This document shows, piece after piece, positions 1 through 7,813 of a stretch of DNA of 25,145 nucleotides; within the stretch, counting starts at the first letter, position 1, and every line of letters starts with the position of its first letter. Made by a program: the position numbers and the translations under genes. Below the pieces are notes generated by a model that ran no database searches, was not told the origin of the DNA, and saw nothing but the letters and a program-made list of their open reading frames with translations. The stretch lies in IMG/VR virus record IMGVR_UViG_3300027836_000006. One strand, written 5' to 3'. This stretch comes from a virus. Its lineage: Duplodnaviria; Heunggongvirae; Uroviricota; Caudoviricetes.

Positions 1-1
1 A

Positions 2-1069
2 ATTGTTGACAATATATTAGTTAACCCAGGACTAACAACATTTGATTTTAACGCTGGCAGAACAACATTTGACGGTGCTACAACTAGTGTAGATCGTGTG
101 TACGAATTTACAGTAGAGGCTAGAGATCAATTTGGATACAGCGCAATTAGCAAAACATTCTTTATTACTATAGATACTCCAAACGAATTAATCTATAGCA
201 ACATTAAGGTTAGACCATTCCTAAAAACTGAACAACGTATATTGTGGCGCAATTTTATTGATAATACCTCCGTGTTTACTCCGTTAAGCATTTACAGAAC
301 TAACGATCCAAATTTTGGATTACAACAAGAATTATCCATGTTAGTGTATGCTGGTATTGAAACTCGCGATGCGGCCGCCTATATTAGTGCGATGGGTTTA
401 AATCACAAGAAAAAGAGATTTAAATTTGGAACTGTACAAAAAGCAACTGCGTTTGTTCCTGGAACTAATACAGCCGTGTACGAGGTTATATATATCAGCA
501 TGTTAGATCCGTTAGAACCTAACGGAAAACGATTACCAACTAAAGTAGGACAACTAACTTTGCAACCTGACAGTATTACCATAGACTCTAGTAATAGTAT
601 TTGGAGTAGATCTATCGGTGACTTATCTGCTGATGCTCCTGGTTCGGAGAGGCCAGAGCCGATTATCACTGTTGATAGTCGAGGATACGAAGTTTCAAAT
701 CCAAATGTTAATGAGTATTTTCCAAATAGTATTAGTATTTGGAGAGAAAGATTAAAGAATTGGAGTGATAAAGACGGCAGCGGAAATACTATTTCGTTTG
801 CTAATGAACGTAATTATTTGCCGCTTTGGATGCGCAGTATTCAACCTGGTACTAGAAAAGAATTAGACTTTCAACTAGCAGTACCTATTTGCTACTGTAA
901 AGTAGGAACAGCAGACGACATTATATTAAATATAAAGAATTATATAAACACTACAAATTTTAGCTTTAATCAGCTTGATTATACTGCCGATCGTTACATA
1001 ATAGATTCCGTTGAGGGTCTAACGGCAGATAAATACCTTATATTCAGAAATGATAGGATAACCATATGA
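2..1069 (+). CDS. C-terminal part of a large baseplate/tail structural protein (5'-truncated by the window)
   Basis: The frame is open from nt 2 (att gtt gac...), so the track start at 98 is not the true start. Ig-like segment YEFTVEARDQFGYSAISKTFFITI; C-terminus (YLPLWMRSIQ...DRYIID...DKYLIF) resembles large myophage baseplate proteins. Its TGA overlaps the next ATG. Confidence 0.6.
   Translation: MVDNILVNPGLTTFDFNAGRTTFDGATTSVDRVYEFTVEARDQFGYSAISKTFFITIDTPNELIYSNIKVRPFLKTEQRILWRNFIDNTSVFTPLSIYRTNDPNFGLQQELSMLVYAGIETRDAAAYISAMGLNHKKKRFKFGTVQKATAFVPGTNTAVYEVIYISMLDPLEPNGKRLPTKVGQLTLQPDSITIDSSNSIWSRSIGDLSADAPGSERPEPIITVDSRGYEVSNPNVNEYFPNSISIWRERLKNWSDKDGSGNTISFANERNYLPLWMRSIQPGTRKELDFQLAVPICYCKVGTADDIILNIKNYINTTNFSFNQLDYTADRYIIDSVEGLTADKYLIFRNDRITI
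1030..1035 (+). promoter_or_regulatory. Putative T4-type late promoter core TAAATA
   Basis: gATAAATAccttat, 30 nt before ATG 1066. The same motif recurs in front of several structural operons. Confidence 0.5.
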
Positions 1070-3453
1070 GCAGTCAAATAGACAACGAAAACATCGATAG
1101 TACGTACCCTGTAGCAGGACAAGATAACGATAGCCAAGGCTTTCGTGATAATTTTGCCTCGATAAAAGCTAATTTTGGCTACACTAAAACTGAAATCGAA
1201 GACTTACAAAGTAAAGCTATATTAAAGAGTGCTCTAACAGGCAGTACTTTAAGTAACGATTTAGGCGGAAGTAACATCTCCAACGGAACGTTAACTAATG
1301 TTCACGGAACTTCATATTCGCAAACTATTCAAACTACTGGCGATATTAACATTGCCAACGGTTCGTTGCAAGTGTTTGCAGTCAACGATGACGCTACCTT
1401 AACATTTAAAGATTGGCCGGTAACTGGCAAGTACGCTAATGTAAGAATTCATTTAAGAAGCGGAGTATCAGCTATAAGTGTTGGAAACGATGTAGTAGTT
1501 GGCAGACGTTATACCATCGACCAAGTTAGCAATACTAATTTTGTAAACATGGGGGCTACTCCAACTGCTGTATTTGTCGGTGGCATTACCGGTACTACCT
1601 TAACTGTTAGTTCAATTACTAGCGGAACATTAACAACTAATACTTATATTTCAGGTAATTCAGTAACTGGCGGAACTAAAATTGTATTTACAGGTGTTGA
1701 AAATCCCGGATCATTAACCGGTACCGGGGGTACTGGCACATATACTGTGTCAGTAACTTATCCAGTAGCTGTAACAAGTACAGCAATGACCGGTATGACT
1801 CCCGGAGTTATATTTGAAGCAACTAGTAAAGGGTCAGGCGGCGGAACTGTTAAAAAATGGATTGAAGTTTCATTACAAACTGAAGGGCCTGGAGAAGTTA
1901 TTGCAGCTTCTGAATTTGCTGTACCGTTAATACTGAATCCAAATCAGACACATCAAGCAATAGAAGCGTGGTCATATACTGACTCTCCTAGAAAAGTTTA
2001 TTTAGGATACATTGGCAATTTAGATCCGAATGAAATTAATTATACCGCATTAAATATTGGTACGTTACACGCACAAGAAACAACAGTATCGGATTCGACA
2101 GATACTGGAGCAGTTGTAGTAGCAGGCGGCGTAGGTGTAGGTGGCAATCTAAATGTAGGTGGCAACGTTAATATATCTGGTAACTTATCAGTTGATGGAG
2201 CCAGCGTACTAACAACTAGTTCGGTAACTATTACTGATATCGGTGATATACAAAATGTCAACATTGTCGATCCAAGACAAGGTGATAGTTTACGATACGA
2301 CCCAACTGGTGCTGGCACCTGGACCAATACTGCTGATTTAATTGAAATTGATGTAACTGTACCTAACGTTACTACCGATGTGTTTAACTTTAACGGCACT
2401 CCTATTACTACAGCGGGATTAAAATTTGCTATTGGCAAAAAATATCGATTTAATTTAGAAAATTTATCTACAACAAGTGGCCAAGGATTAGCATTTTCGA
2501 CAACACCAGAAATAGCGCCAAGTGGGCTTGGCATTGTTCCGTTTACTGGAGAAGAAAACGGTGTATATTCCAGCGGTACTCCTGGCGCTCCTGGCTCATA
2601 TATTGAAATTTTTGTAACTGAAAATACCCCAGGACCGTTATATGTATATGTGTCAGATTTTGCTACATACGGTCATACAGCAGGTGCGGCGTGGCCAATT
2701 CAAGTAGGTAATAGTCCTGTACTAGTAGTAGGAGATTATGCCCCGACTGGTACTGAATCTATCATTGTTGATACATCTACTTCAGCTGTAGAAATTACAT
2801 TGCCATCGAATCCACAATTAGGTACAACAATTACAGTTGTCGATAATGGCAATGCTGGAAATAATAATATTACAATAGTGCCGCCGAGCAGTGTTAGTAT
2901 TAACGGCGAAACATACTCAGGAGCAGGCACAGGCATTGTTATTGCTGGCAACTATGGCGGCTTAACGTTAGTTAGTGACGGTACTAATTGGACAGCACTA
3001 CGATTAAGTTTCAACGGTAGCGATGATGTAGCTGACGGAGAAGCTATTAATTTAAACACTGCAGTTAGCTATTTTGCTACTGAAGGAGATGAAACTTCAA
3101 CATTGGCAGCAGGCACCGAAGGACAAGTTAAAACTCTTGTAATGTCTGCGTATGTTGGTTCTATGACTGTTAACGTTAGCAACGCAGGCTGGCTTGTTGG
3201 TAGTGGTGCCGGTGACATTGTGTTTGACCAAAAAGGCGACTCGTGTACTTTACAATTTATTAACAATGCGTGGTATATAGTTAGTAATAGCGGTTGTGGA
3301 TTTGGCAATACTATTCCGGTATTCGCTGCAGCTATTCCAAGTACCGCTTCGGCAACCGGCAAAGCTGGCTTGATAGCATATGATTCTAACTACCTGTATA
3401 TTTGTATCGCTACTAACACATGGAAACGAGTTGCTCTTGCTACTTGGCCATAA
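1066..3453 (+). CDS. Tail fibre / receptor-binding-like protein, 795 aa
   Basis: Rich in T/G/S/V/N. N-terminal anchor-like YPVAGQDNDSQGFRDNF; beta-helix-like GGVGVGGNLNVGGNVNISGNLSVDG; C-terminal GxxGxIAYDxxYLYICIATNTWKR typical of fibre tips; follows a baseplate gene. Confidence 0.75.
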   Translation: MSSQIDNENIDSTYPVAGQDNDSQGFRDNFASIKANFGYTKTEIEDLQSKAILKSALTGSTLSNDLGGSNISNGTLTNVHGTSYSQTIQTTGDINIANGSLQVFAVNDDATLTFKDWPVTGKYANVRIHLRSGVSAISVGNDVVVGRRYTIDQVSNTNFVNMGATPTAVFVGGITGTTLTVSSITSGTLTTNTYISGNSVTGGTKIVFTGVENPGSLTGTGGTGTYTVSVTYPVAVTSTAMTGMTPGVIFEATSKGSGGGTVKKWIEVSLQTEGPGEVIAASEFAVPLILNPNQTHQAIEAWSYTDSPRKVYLGYIGNLDPNEINYTALNIGTLHAQETTVSDSTDTGAVVVAGGVGVGGNLNVGGNVNISGNLSVDGASVLTTSSVTITDIGDIQNVNIVDPRQGDSLRYDPTGAGTWTNTADLIEIDVTVPNVTTDVFNFNGTPITTAGLKFAIGKKYRFNLENLSTTSGQGLAFSTTPEIAPSGLGIVPFTGEENGVYSSGTPGAPGSYIEIFVTENTPGPLYVYVSDFATYGHTAGAAWPIQVGNSPVLVVGDYAPTGTESIIVDTSTSAVEITLPSNPQLGTTITVVDNGNAGNNNITIVPPSSVSINGETYSGAGTGIVIAGNYGGLTLVSDGTNWTALRLSFNGSDDVADGEAINLNTAVSYFATEGDETSTLAAGTEGQVKTLVMSAYVGSMTVNVSNAGWLVGSGAGDIVFDQKGDSCTLQFINNAWYIVSNSGCGFGNTIPVFAAAIPSTASATGKAGLIAYDSNYLYICIATNTWKRVALATWP

Positions 3454-3455
3454 TT

Positions 3456-3686
3456 ATGCATCCATTAGTCGATAACCTGTCTGCTTTAAAAACTTCCGAG
3501 TTGGAAAATAAAATTAATGAATTAACTCGAAAATACTTTTCAACACATAACTTTGAAGTTCAACAACAAATTGTTATGGTGTTGGAAAGTTATAAATCTG
3601 AAATGAGCAGACGACAGCAAGCAGATTACGAGAAAATGATAAATTCTCGTAATAAAGACCTTGACAAACTTATTAATGTAAGTTAA
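3456..3686 (+). CDS. Hypothetical helical protein, 76 aa (possibly fibre-associated)
   Basis: ATG 3456 lies just after the fibre stop (MHPLVDNL...DLDKLINVS). The track start at 3420 overlaps the fibre gene. Confidence 0.7.
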   Translation: MHPLVDNLSALKTSELENKINELTRKYFSTHNFEVQQQIVMVLESYKSEMSRRQQADYEKMINSRNKDLDKLINVS

Positions 3687-3689
3687 AAT
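3661..3689 (+). promoter_or_regulatory. sigma70-type promoter TTGACA-N17-TAAAAT
   Basis: Exact -35, 17-nt spacer, 5/6 -10. Lies in the 3' end of the upstream gene, 7 nt before ATG 3697. Confidence 0.7.
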
Positions 3690-3696
3690 ATAGGCT

Positions 3697-4206
3697 ATGC
3701 GCCTAGACAAGTACAGTAATCCTATATTTTCAGAACAAGATTTATTTGATGCCTTATATCAAAAGCATCAATTCGACGTCAATGACACCATGCTTGTTGA
3801 GCGTACAGAATCTATTAAACAATTAGAAACCCAGTTAGGGTTCAATTTTCTCGAACCCTACGAAACTCATTATGAAATAGCTGACTATGATTCGGCTTGC
3901 CAATCAAATTGGCTTATGCCCGAAGAATACAAAATGTTAGATATTGAAGCATGGATTTGGGAGAAAACTCCGCCGTGGGATCCGCAACATACTAGAGTCC
4001 AAGAAGAGTTAGAAGCATACAAAGCAAGAAACATGCTAGACTTACTACGATGGCTTAAATATTTTGTAGATACTTGCTCAAAAGAAAATATTGTTTGGGG
4101 GCTAGGACGAGGATCTAGTGTGGCAAGTTATATACTATTTTTAATTGGTGTTCATAATATAGACAGCATCAAATATAATTTAGACTGGCAGGAATTCCTG
4201 AGATAA
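3697..4206 (+). CDS. Stand-alone fragment of DNA polymerase III alpha (family C, GRGS-containing segment), 169 aa
   Basis: RVQEELEAY...WGLGRGSSVASYILFLIGVHNIDSIKYNLDWQEFLR aligns by eye with DnaE RLxxEL...VGPGRGSxAGSLVAYxLGITxIDPxKYxLLFERFL. It stops before the catalytic PDIDxD motif. Confidence 0.8.
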   Translation: MRLDKYSNPIFSEQDLFDALYQKHQFDVNDTMLVERTESIKQLETQLGFNFLEPYETHYEIADYDSACQSNWLMPEEYKMLDIEAWIWEKTPPWDPQHTRVQEELEAYKARNMLDLLRWLKYFVDTCSKENIVWGLGRGSSVASYILFLIGVHNIDSIKYNLDWQEFLR

Positions 4207-4209
4207 GTA
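4204..4209 (+). promoter_or_regulatory. Possible late promoter variant TAAGTA
   Basis: gATAAGTActac overlaps the stop of the upstream gene, 23 nt before ATG 4233 (SD GAGGAG). Confidence 0.35.
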
Positions 4210-4232
4210 CTACTATAATCGAGGAGATTAAT

Positions 4233-4481
4233 ATGGCAATGAAAGAACAACAAAGACAAGTTTACCGCTCAATGCAAGGCAAAGAAGTTGACATGGGCAA
4301 ACTAGTTATGCAAAACGAAATGACTATGGCAGTGGGCAATGTAAAGGTTAATGCTCGCGGAGACGAATTAGGCCCAGGTGGCAAAATTATCAAAAAGCGT
4401 GAAGATACCCTGCGTGAGGTTGCTCCAAAATCAGCACCTCAAAAGAATGTGTCAGACATGGACCCTGAAGGTAAAGAATGA
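4233..4481 (+). CDS. Conserved phage hypothetical protein, 82 aa (NARGDELGPGGKII)
   Basis: Strong SD GAGGAG; ATGA-coupled to the GroES-like gene. Confidence 0.8.
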   Translation: MAMKEQQRQVYRSMQGKEVDMGKLVMQNEMTMAVGNVKVNARGDELGPGGKIIKKREDTLREVAPKSAPQKNVSDMDPEGKE

Positions 4482-4873
4482 AAGCTCAAGCAAGTAAACT
4501 TAGACCAATTCAAGCGCATATCTTAGTTAGAGATATGAATTTTGGAGAGCAAAAGTCAGCAGGCGGAATTGTAATACGTAGCGACGACGGCAAATCAGAA
4601 GGAGTTAAGCCCCGATGGTGCCGTGTATTTGCTGTTGGCCCAGAACAAAAAGATGTCAAAGCTGGCGAGTGGATCTTAGTAGAGCACGGCCGTTGGACTC
4701 GCGGTTTAGAAGTCGAAGAAGACGATGGCACTAAATTTACCATTTGGCGTGTTGATAACACTGGCATTCTAATGTCATCAGATGAAAAGCCGGCGGGTCT
4801 TGAATTTGGAGTGTTTACTACTGCGGCACACGGTTCAGTACACAGTCCCGAAGACTTTGTTCATATGAGATAG
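4478..4873 (+). CDS. groES: GroES-like co-chaperonin
   Basis: LRPIQAHILVR, mobile loop KSAGGIVI, VFAVGP, DVKAGEWILV match the Cpn10 pattern. Confidence 0.8.
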   Translation: MKAQASKLRPIQAHILVRDMNFGEQKSAGGIVIRSDDGKSEGVKPRWCRVFAVGPEQKDVKAGEWILVEHGRWTRGLEVEEDDGTKFTIWRVDNTGILMSSDEKPAGLEFGVFTTAAHGSVHSPEDFVHMR

Positions 4874-4891
4874 TTAGTCACTAGTTCGAGT

Positions 4892-4920
4892 AAAATAGGC
4901 CTTGACATAGGCCTATTTTC
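4892..4920 (+). terminator. Intrinsic terminator-like hairpin AAAATAGGCC-ttgacata-GGCCTATTTT
   Basis: Perfect 10-bp inverted repeat (4892-4901/4910-4919) with a short T-run, 18 nt after the groES stop. Confidence 0.65.
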
Positions 4921-4931
4921 ACCTTTATAAT
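4902..4931 (+). promoter_or_regulatory. sigma70-type promoter TTGACA-N18-TATAAT
   Basis: Both hexamers are perfect consensus; SD AAGGAG at 4941 and ATG 4954 follow. Confidence 0.8.
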
Positions 4932-4953
4932 ACTAACATAAAGGAGATCTTGT

Positions 4954-5097
4954 ATGTTTTATGTTACTGTAATTTTGACCATAATGGCTATTTACTTTGC
5001 CAATAAAGAATATAACAACAACAATATTAAGATGGCAATGTTTTGGTCATTGTTACTCGGATGGGATCTCCAGGTGTTGCTATCATCATTACTATAA
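4954..5097 (+). CDS. Small hydrophobic protein, 47 aa (not in ORF track)
   Basis: MFYVTVILTIMAIYFANKEYNNNNIKMAMFWSLLLGWDLQVLLSSLL; SD AAGGAG; two hydrophobic stretches. Confidence 0.7.
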   Translation: MFYVTVILTIMAIYFANKEYNNNNIKMAMFWSLLLGWDLQVLLSSLL

Positions 5098-5106
5098 GGA
5101 GTCATC

Positions 5107-5358
5107 ATGAACGAATACGAACAAAATATTGAAATTATGAAGGATCTACGCAATCGAATAGATGCTGTATTATCCACTTCATCTACCGATACAAAAAGAT
5201 TATCAATTCCTGATCCGTTAAAACACAAATATATCAGTTTTGTCAAAAGTGGATTTCGCATTTTAGCAGGCATATCATTATGTTTTGGCGAATTTATAAT
5301 TGCCGGAGTATTGTTAATTGTTGCCGAGTTGCTAGGAGTCGCCGAGGAACTTGTGTGA
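5107..5358 (+). CDS. Membrane protein, 83 aa
   Basis: SD AAGGAG; hydrophobic C-terminal hairpin (FRILAGISL...AGVLLIVAELLGVAEELV). Confidence 0.75.
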   Translation: MNEYEQNIEIMKDLRNRIDAVLSTSSTDTKRLSIPDPLKHKYISFVKSGFRILAGISLCFGEFIIAGVLLIVAELLGVAEELV

Positions 5359-5546
5359 GAAACATTGCGCTAGTAGATGCCGTTATCCAATTACACGACA
5401 TTGCTAGACTAGTTGGTGAAGAAATTGGCATAGGTCAGTTACACGACGACATTCGTAACTGCGCTGATAGATTACATGAATGCTCGCTTTTTGACAGTAG
5501 AAATAGTACAATAACACAAGACATTATTAATAAGGCAAAAGAATGA
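5355..5546 (+). CDS. Hypothetical protein, 63 aa (GTG start)
   Basis: GTGA overlap with the upstream stop, GAGG upstream, ATGA-coupled to the clamp loader; MRNIALVDAVIQLHDIARLV... Confidence 0.65.
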   Translation: MRNIALVDAVIQLHDIARLVGEEIGIGQLHDDIRNCADRLHECSLFDSRNSTITQDIINKAKE

Positions 5547-6457
5547 AAGAACTATGGGTAGAGAAATACCGTCCTAGCAAGATTGACGGTTACGTATTTA
5601 GAGATGCTCATCAAAAAAGTCAAGTTGAATCTTGGATTAAGCAAGGTACTATTCCACACTTGTTGTTTAGTGGTAATGCTGGCATTGGTAAAACTACCCT
5701 TGCTAAAATTTTGTTTAACGAGTTAGATCTTAATCCGTTAGATGTACTAGAAATTAATGCGTCACGTACAAACTCAGTTGAAGATGTGCGTGATAAGATT
5801 GTAAACTTTGTCCAAATGATTCCGTTTGGTGATTTTAAGGTAGTACTACTAGATGAAGCAGATTATTTGTCGCCTAACGCACAAGCCGCCTTACGTGGGG
5901 TTATGGAAGAGTATCACACAACCGCTAGATTTATTCTTACTTGTAATTATCCTAACCGTATTATTCCTGCCCTTCATAGCAGATGTCAAGGATTCCATAT
6001 CGAACGGGTTGATATCGCTGAGTTTACTGCTCGCGTGGCTACTATTCTTATGGAGGAATCTGTAGAATTTGATCTTGATACACTAGATACATTTGTCAAA
6101 GCAACTTATCCAGACTTGCGTAAGTGTATCAACACAGTACAGATGAACAGTTTGGACAAAGTATTACATAGTCCAGAAAAGGGTGATAGTGGTCAAGCAG
6201 ATTATAAACTTGAAATGGTACAGCTATTTAAGGCAGGTAAGATTTCAGAAGCACGTAAACTAATTTGTAGCCAAGCTCGTCCAGAAGAAATGGAAGAAAT
6301 TTATCGCTGGTTGTATGATAATATTGCTATCTTTGGTGATGAAGAAAAACAAAACAAAGCTATCCTTATTATTAAGCAAGGCCTAGTTGATCATACATTG
6401 GTTATCGATGTTGAAATTAACCTTGCGGCTACTTTAATCAGATTGGCAATGCTGTGA
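5543..6457 (+). CDS. Sliding-clamp loader small subunit (RFC / T4 gp44-like AAA+)
   Basis: WVEKYRP, Walker A GNAGIGKTT, EINAS, Walker B LLDEAD, SRC arginine finger. Confidence 0.92.
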   Translation: MKELWVEKYRPSKIDGYVFRDAHQKSQVESWIKQGTIPHLLFSGNAGIGKTTLAKILFNELDLNPLDVLEINASRTNSVEDVRDKIVNFVQMIPFGDFKVVLLDEADYLSPNAQAALRGVMEEYHTTARFILTCNYPNRIIPALHSRCQGFHIERVDIAEFTARVATILMEESVEFDLDTLDTFVKATYPDLRKCINTVQMNSLDKVLHSPEKGDSGQADYKLEMVQLFKAGKISEARKLICSQARPEEMEEIYRWLYDNIAIFGDEEKQNKAILIIKQGLVDHTLVIDVEINLAATLIRLAML

Positions 6458-6903
6458 AAGAAAAGTTAAAACTAGCATACATGAAAACTGCGGAGACATT
6501 CGCAGAGCTCAGTCATGCTCGTCGTTTACACGTCGGTGCTATTGTAGTTAAGGATGATAGAATTATTTCTATTGGCTATAACGGTATGCCTAGCGGTTGG
6601 GATAACAACTGTGAAGATGAAATAGTTGTTGCTGTCGTTGACGGCAATCCACAACGAGAGATTAAAGAACTTAAATCAAAACCAGAGGTACTACATGCAG
6701 AAACTAATGCTATCGCTAAATTGGCGAAATCTACTGAAAGCGGACACAGGGCCGTATTGTTTGTTACTCATAGTCCTTGCTTGGATTGTTCCAAACTTAT
6801 ATATCAGTCTGGGATTGATAGCGTGTTCTATCGTAATAGCTATCGTGACGATAGTGGGATTAGGTTCCTCCAACAGTCAGGAATAACAGTAGAGCAAATA
6901 TAA
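6454..6903 (+). CDS. dCMP deaminase
   Basis: IGYNG, HAETNAI and THSPCLDC zinc-deaminase motifs; GTG start. Confidence 0.9.
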   Translation: MKEKLKLAYMKTAETFAELSHARRLHVGAIVVKDDRIISIGYNGMPSGWDNNCEDEIVVAVVDGNPQREIKELKSKPEVLHAETNAIAKLAKSTESGHRAVLFVTHSPCLDCSKLIYQSGIDSVFYRNSYRDDSGIRFLQQSGITVEQI

Positions 6904-6904
6904 C

Positions 6905-6931
6905 AAAAAAGGACCCGAAGGTCCTTTTTTT
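6905..6931. terminator. Bidirectional intrinsic terminator
   Basis: AAAAAAGGACC-CGAA-GGTCCTTTTTTT between convergent genes; reads as a cUUCGg tetraloop on the minus strand. Confidence 0.92.
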
Positions 6932-7652
6932 ATGAGTCGCCGTATATTGCTAGTATCTCCTTAACAGCATTATGACGTTCAATATCTCTATGGTCAAATT
7001 CAACTATATCAATATGTTTAGTTTGTCTATTTGCGAGTAGGCCGCAAAAATTAATCAAGCCATTATCGTTTACTCGGTCGGCTTGTGCTAAGTCTCCTGT
7101 AACTACCATCTTACTATTTTCACCCAGGCGTGTTAATAACATCTTCATCTGGTTGACCGTAGCATTTTGCATTTCGTCTGCAATAATGTATGCGTTTTTA
7201 AACGTGCGGCCGCGCATATAGGCCAATGGGCTTATTTCAATAACACCTTCCTCCAGCATTTTTGCTATGTCTTTTGTTTGATAGTACTCTCCTAAAACAT
7301 CAAAAATAGGTCTTGTCCATGGTGCCATCTTTTCATTTAGCGTGCCTGGCAAAAATCCTAAATCTTCATCTACGGAAACGGCGGGTCTGGTAACGACAAT
7401 CTTGTCTACGATTCCTTCTTGAAACAACTTAATTCCGTGCTGAACTGCCAGCATGGTTTTGCCCGTGCCTGCTGGCCCAATAGCAAATACAATACTTTTA
7501 GTATCATCTTGGAGTTTTTGTATGTATGTTTGTTGATTCTCATTACGAGGGTACAAACTCACACGTTGCTTCTTTTGAGGAAGGTATGGTTGAAAATCAA
7601 TTACTTTAACTTCTGATGTAAAGCGTTTTTTCACTCTTGTGTTTTTACTCAT
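6930..7652 (-). CDS. phoH: PhoH-family ATPase
   Basis: GPAGTGKT, TRPAV, LGFLPG, LAYMRGRTF, DEMQN, TGDLAQAD, RH motifs; SD AGGAG. Confidence 0.95.
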   Translation of the reverse strand: MSKNTRVKKRFTSEVKVIDFQPYLPQKKQRVSLYPRNENQQTYIQKLQDDTKSIVFAIGPAGTGKTMLAVQHGIKLFQEGIVDKIVVTRPAVSVDEDLGFLPGTLNEKMAPWTRPIFDVLGEYYQTKDIAKMLEEGVIEISPLAYMRGRTFKNAYIIADEMQNATVNQMKMLLTRLGENSKMVVTGDLAQADRVNDNGLINFCGLLANRQTKHIDIVEFDHRDIERHNAVKEILAIYGDS

Positions 7653-7662
7653 CTAAGTTATG

Positions 7663-7724
7663 CTCCTACTCTGGTTAGAAAGTAGGACTTGTAGCGACCG
7701 CCTCGATAACTACAGAGGTCCTAC
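7663..7724 (-). promoter_or_regulatory. Structured 5' leader of phoH with two mutually exclusive stems
   Basis: GUAGGAC/GUCCUAC (7724-7718/7688-7682) encloses UGUAG/CUACA and CGA/UCG. The alternative stem UCCUACU/AGUAGGA (7687-7681/7670-7664) covers the SD. Confidence 0.6.
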
Positions 7725-7729
7725 ACTAT

Positions 7730-7735
7730 TATTTA
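7730..7735 (-). promoter_or_regulatory. Putative late promoter TAAATA for phoH
   Basis: Minus strand gtTAAATAatagtg, immediately 5' of the structured leader. Confidence 0.5.
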
Positions 7736-7782
7736 ACAGATAAACAGAATAATAAACTGTTAGCTTATGATTTCAACCAAGC

Positions 7783-7788
7783 TAAATA
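7783..7788 (+). promoter_or_regulatory. Putative late promoter TAAATA
   Basis: gcTAAATAagtata, 25 nt before ATG 7814, divergent from phoH. Confidence 0.55.
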
Positions 7789-7813
7789 AGTATAATGAAC
7801 TCTGGAAGATAAT

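Noticed and set aside
3697-4260. DnaE fragment as an intein-split, intron-split or frameshifted gene
   Set aside because: No intein-like residues or intron-sized gap. The only frame shift that continues leads into the 82-aa ORF, which has no PDIDxD.
5491-5512. TTGACA...TACAAT as a promoter for the clamp loader
   Set aside because: The spacer is only 10 nt.
7760-7785. TTAGCTT-N12-AAGCTAA as a CIRCE element
   Set aside because: Only TTAGC/GCTAA match TTAGCACTC-N9-GAGTGCTAA, the length is off by one, and it is not upstream of chaperone genes. It may still be an operator between the divergent promoters, but this is unsupported.
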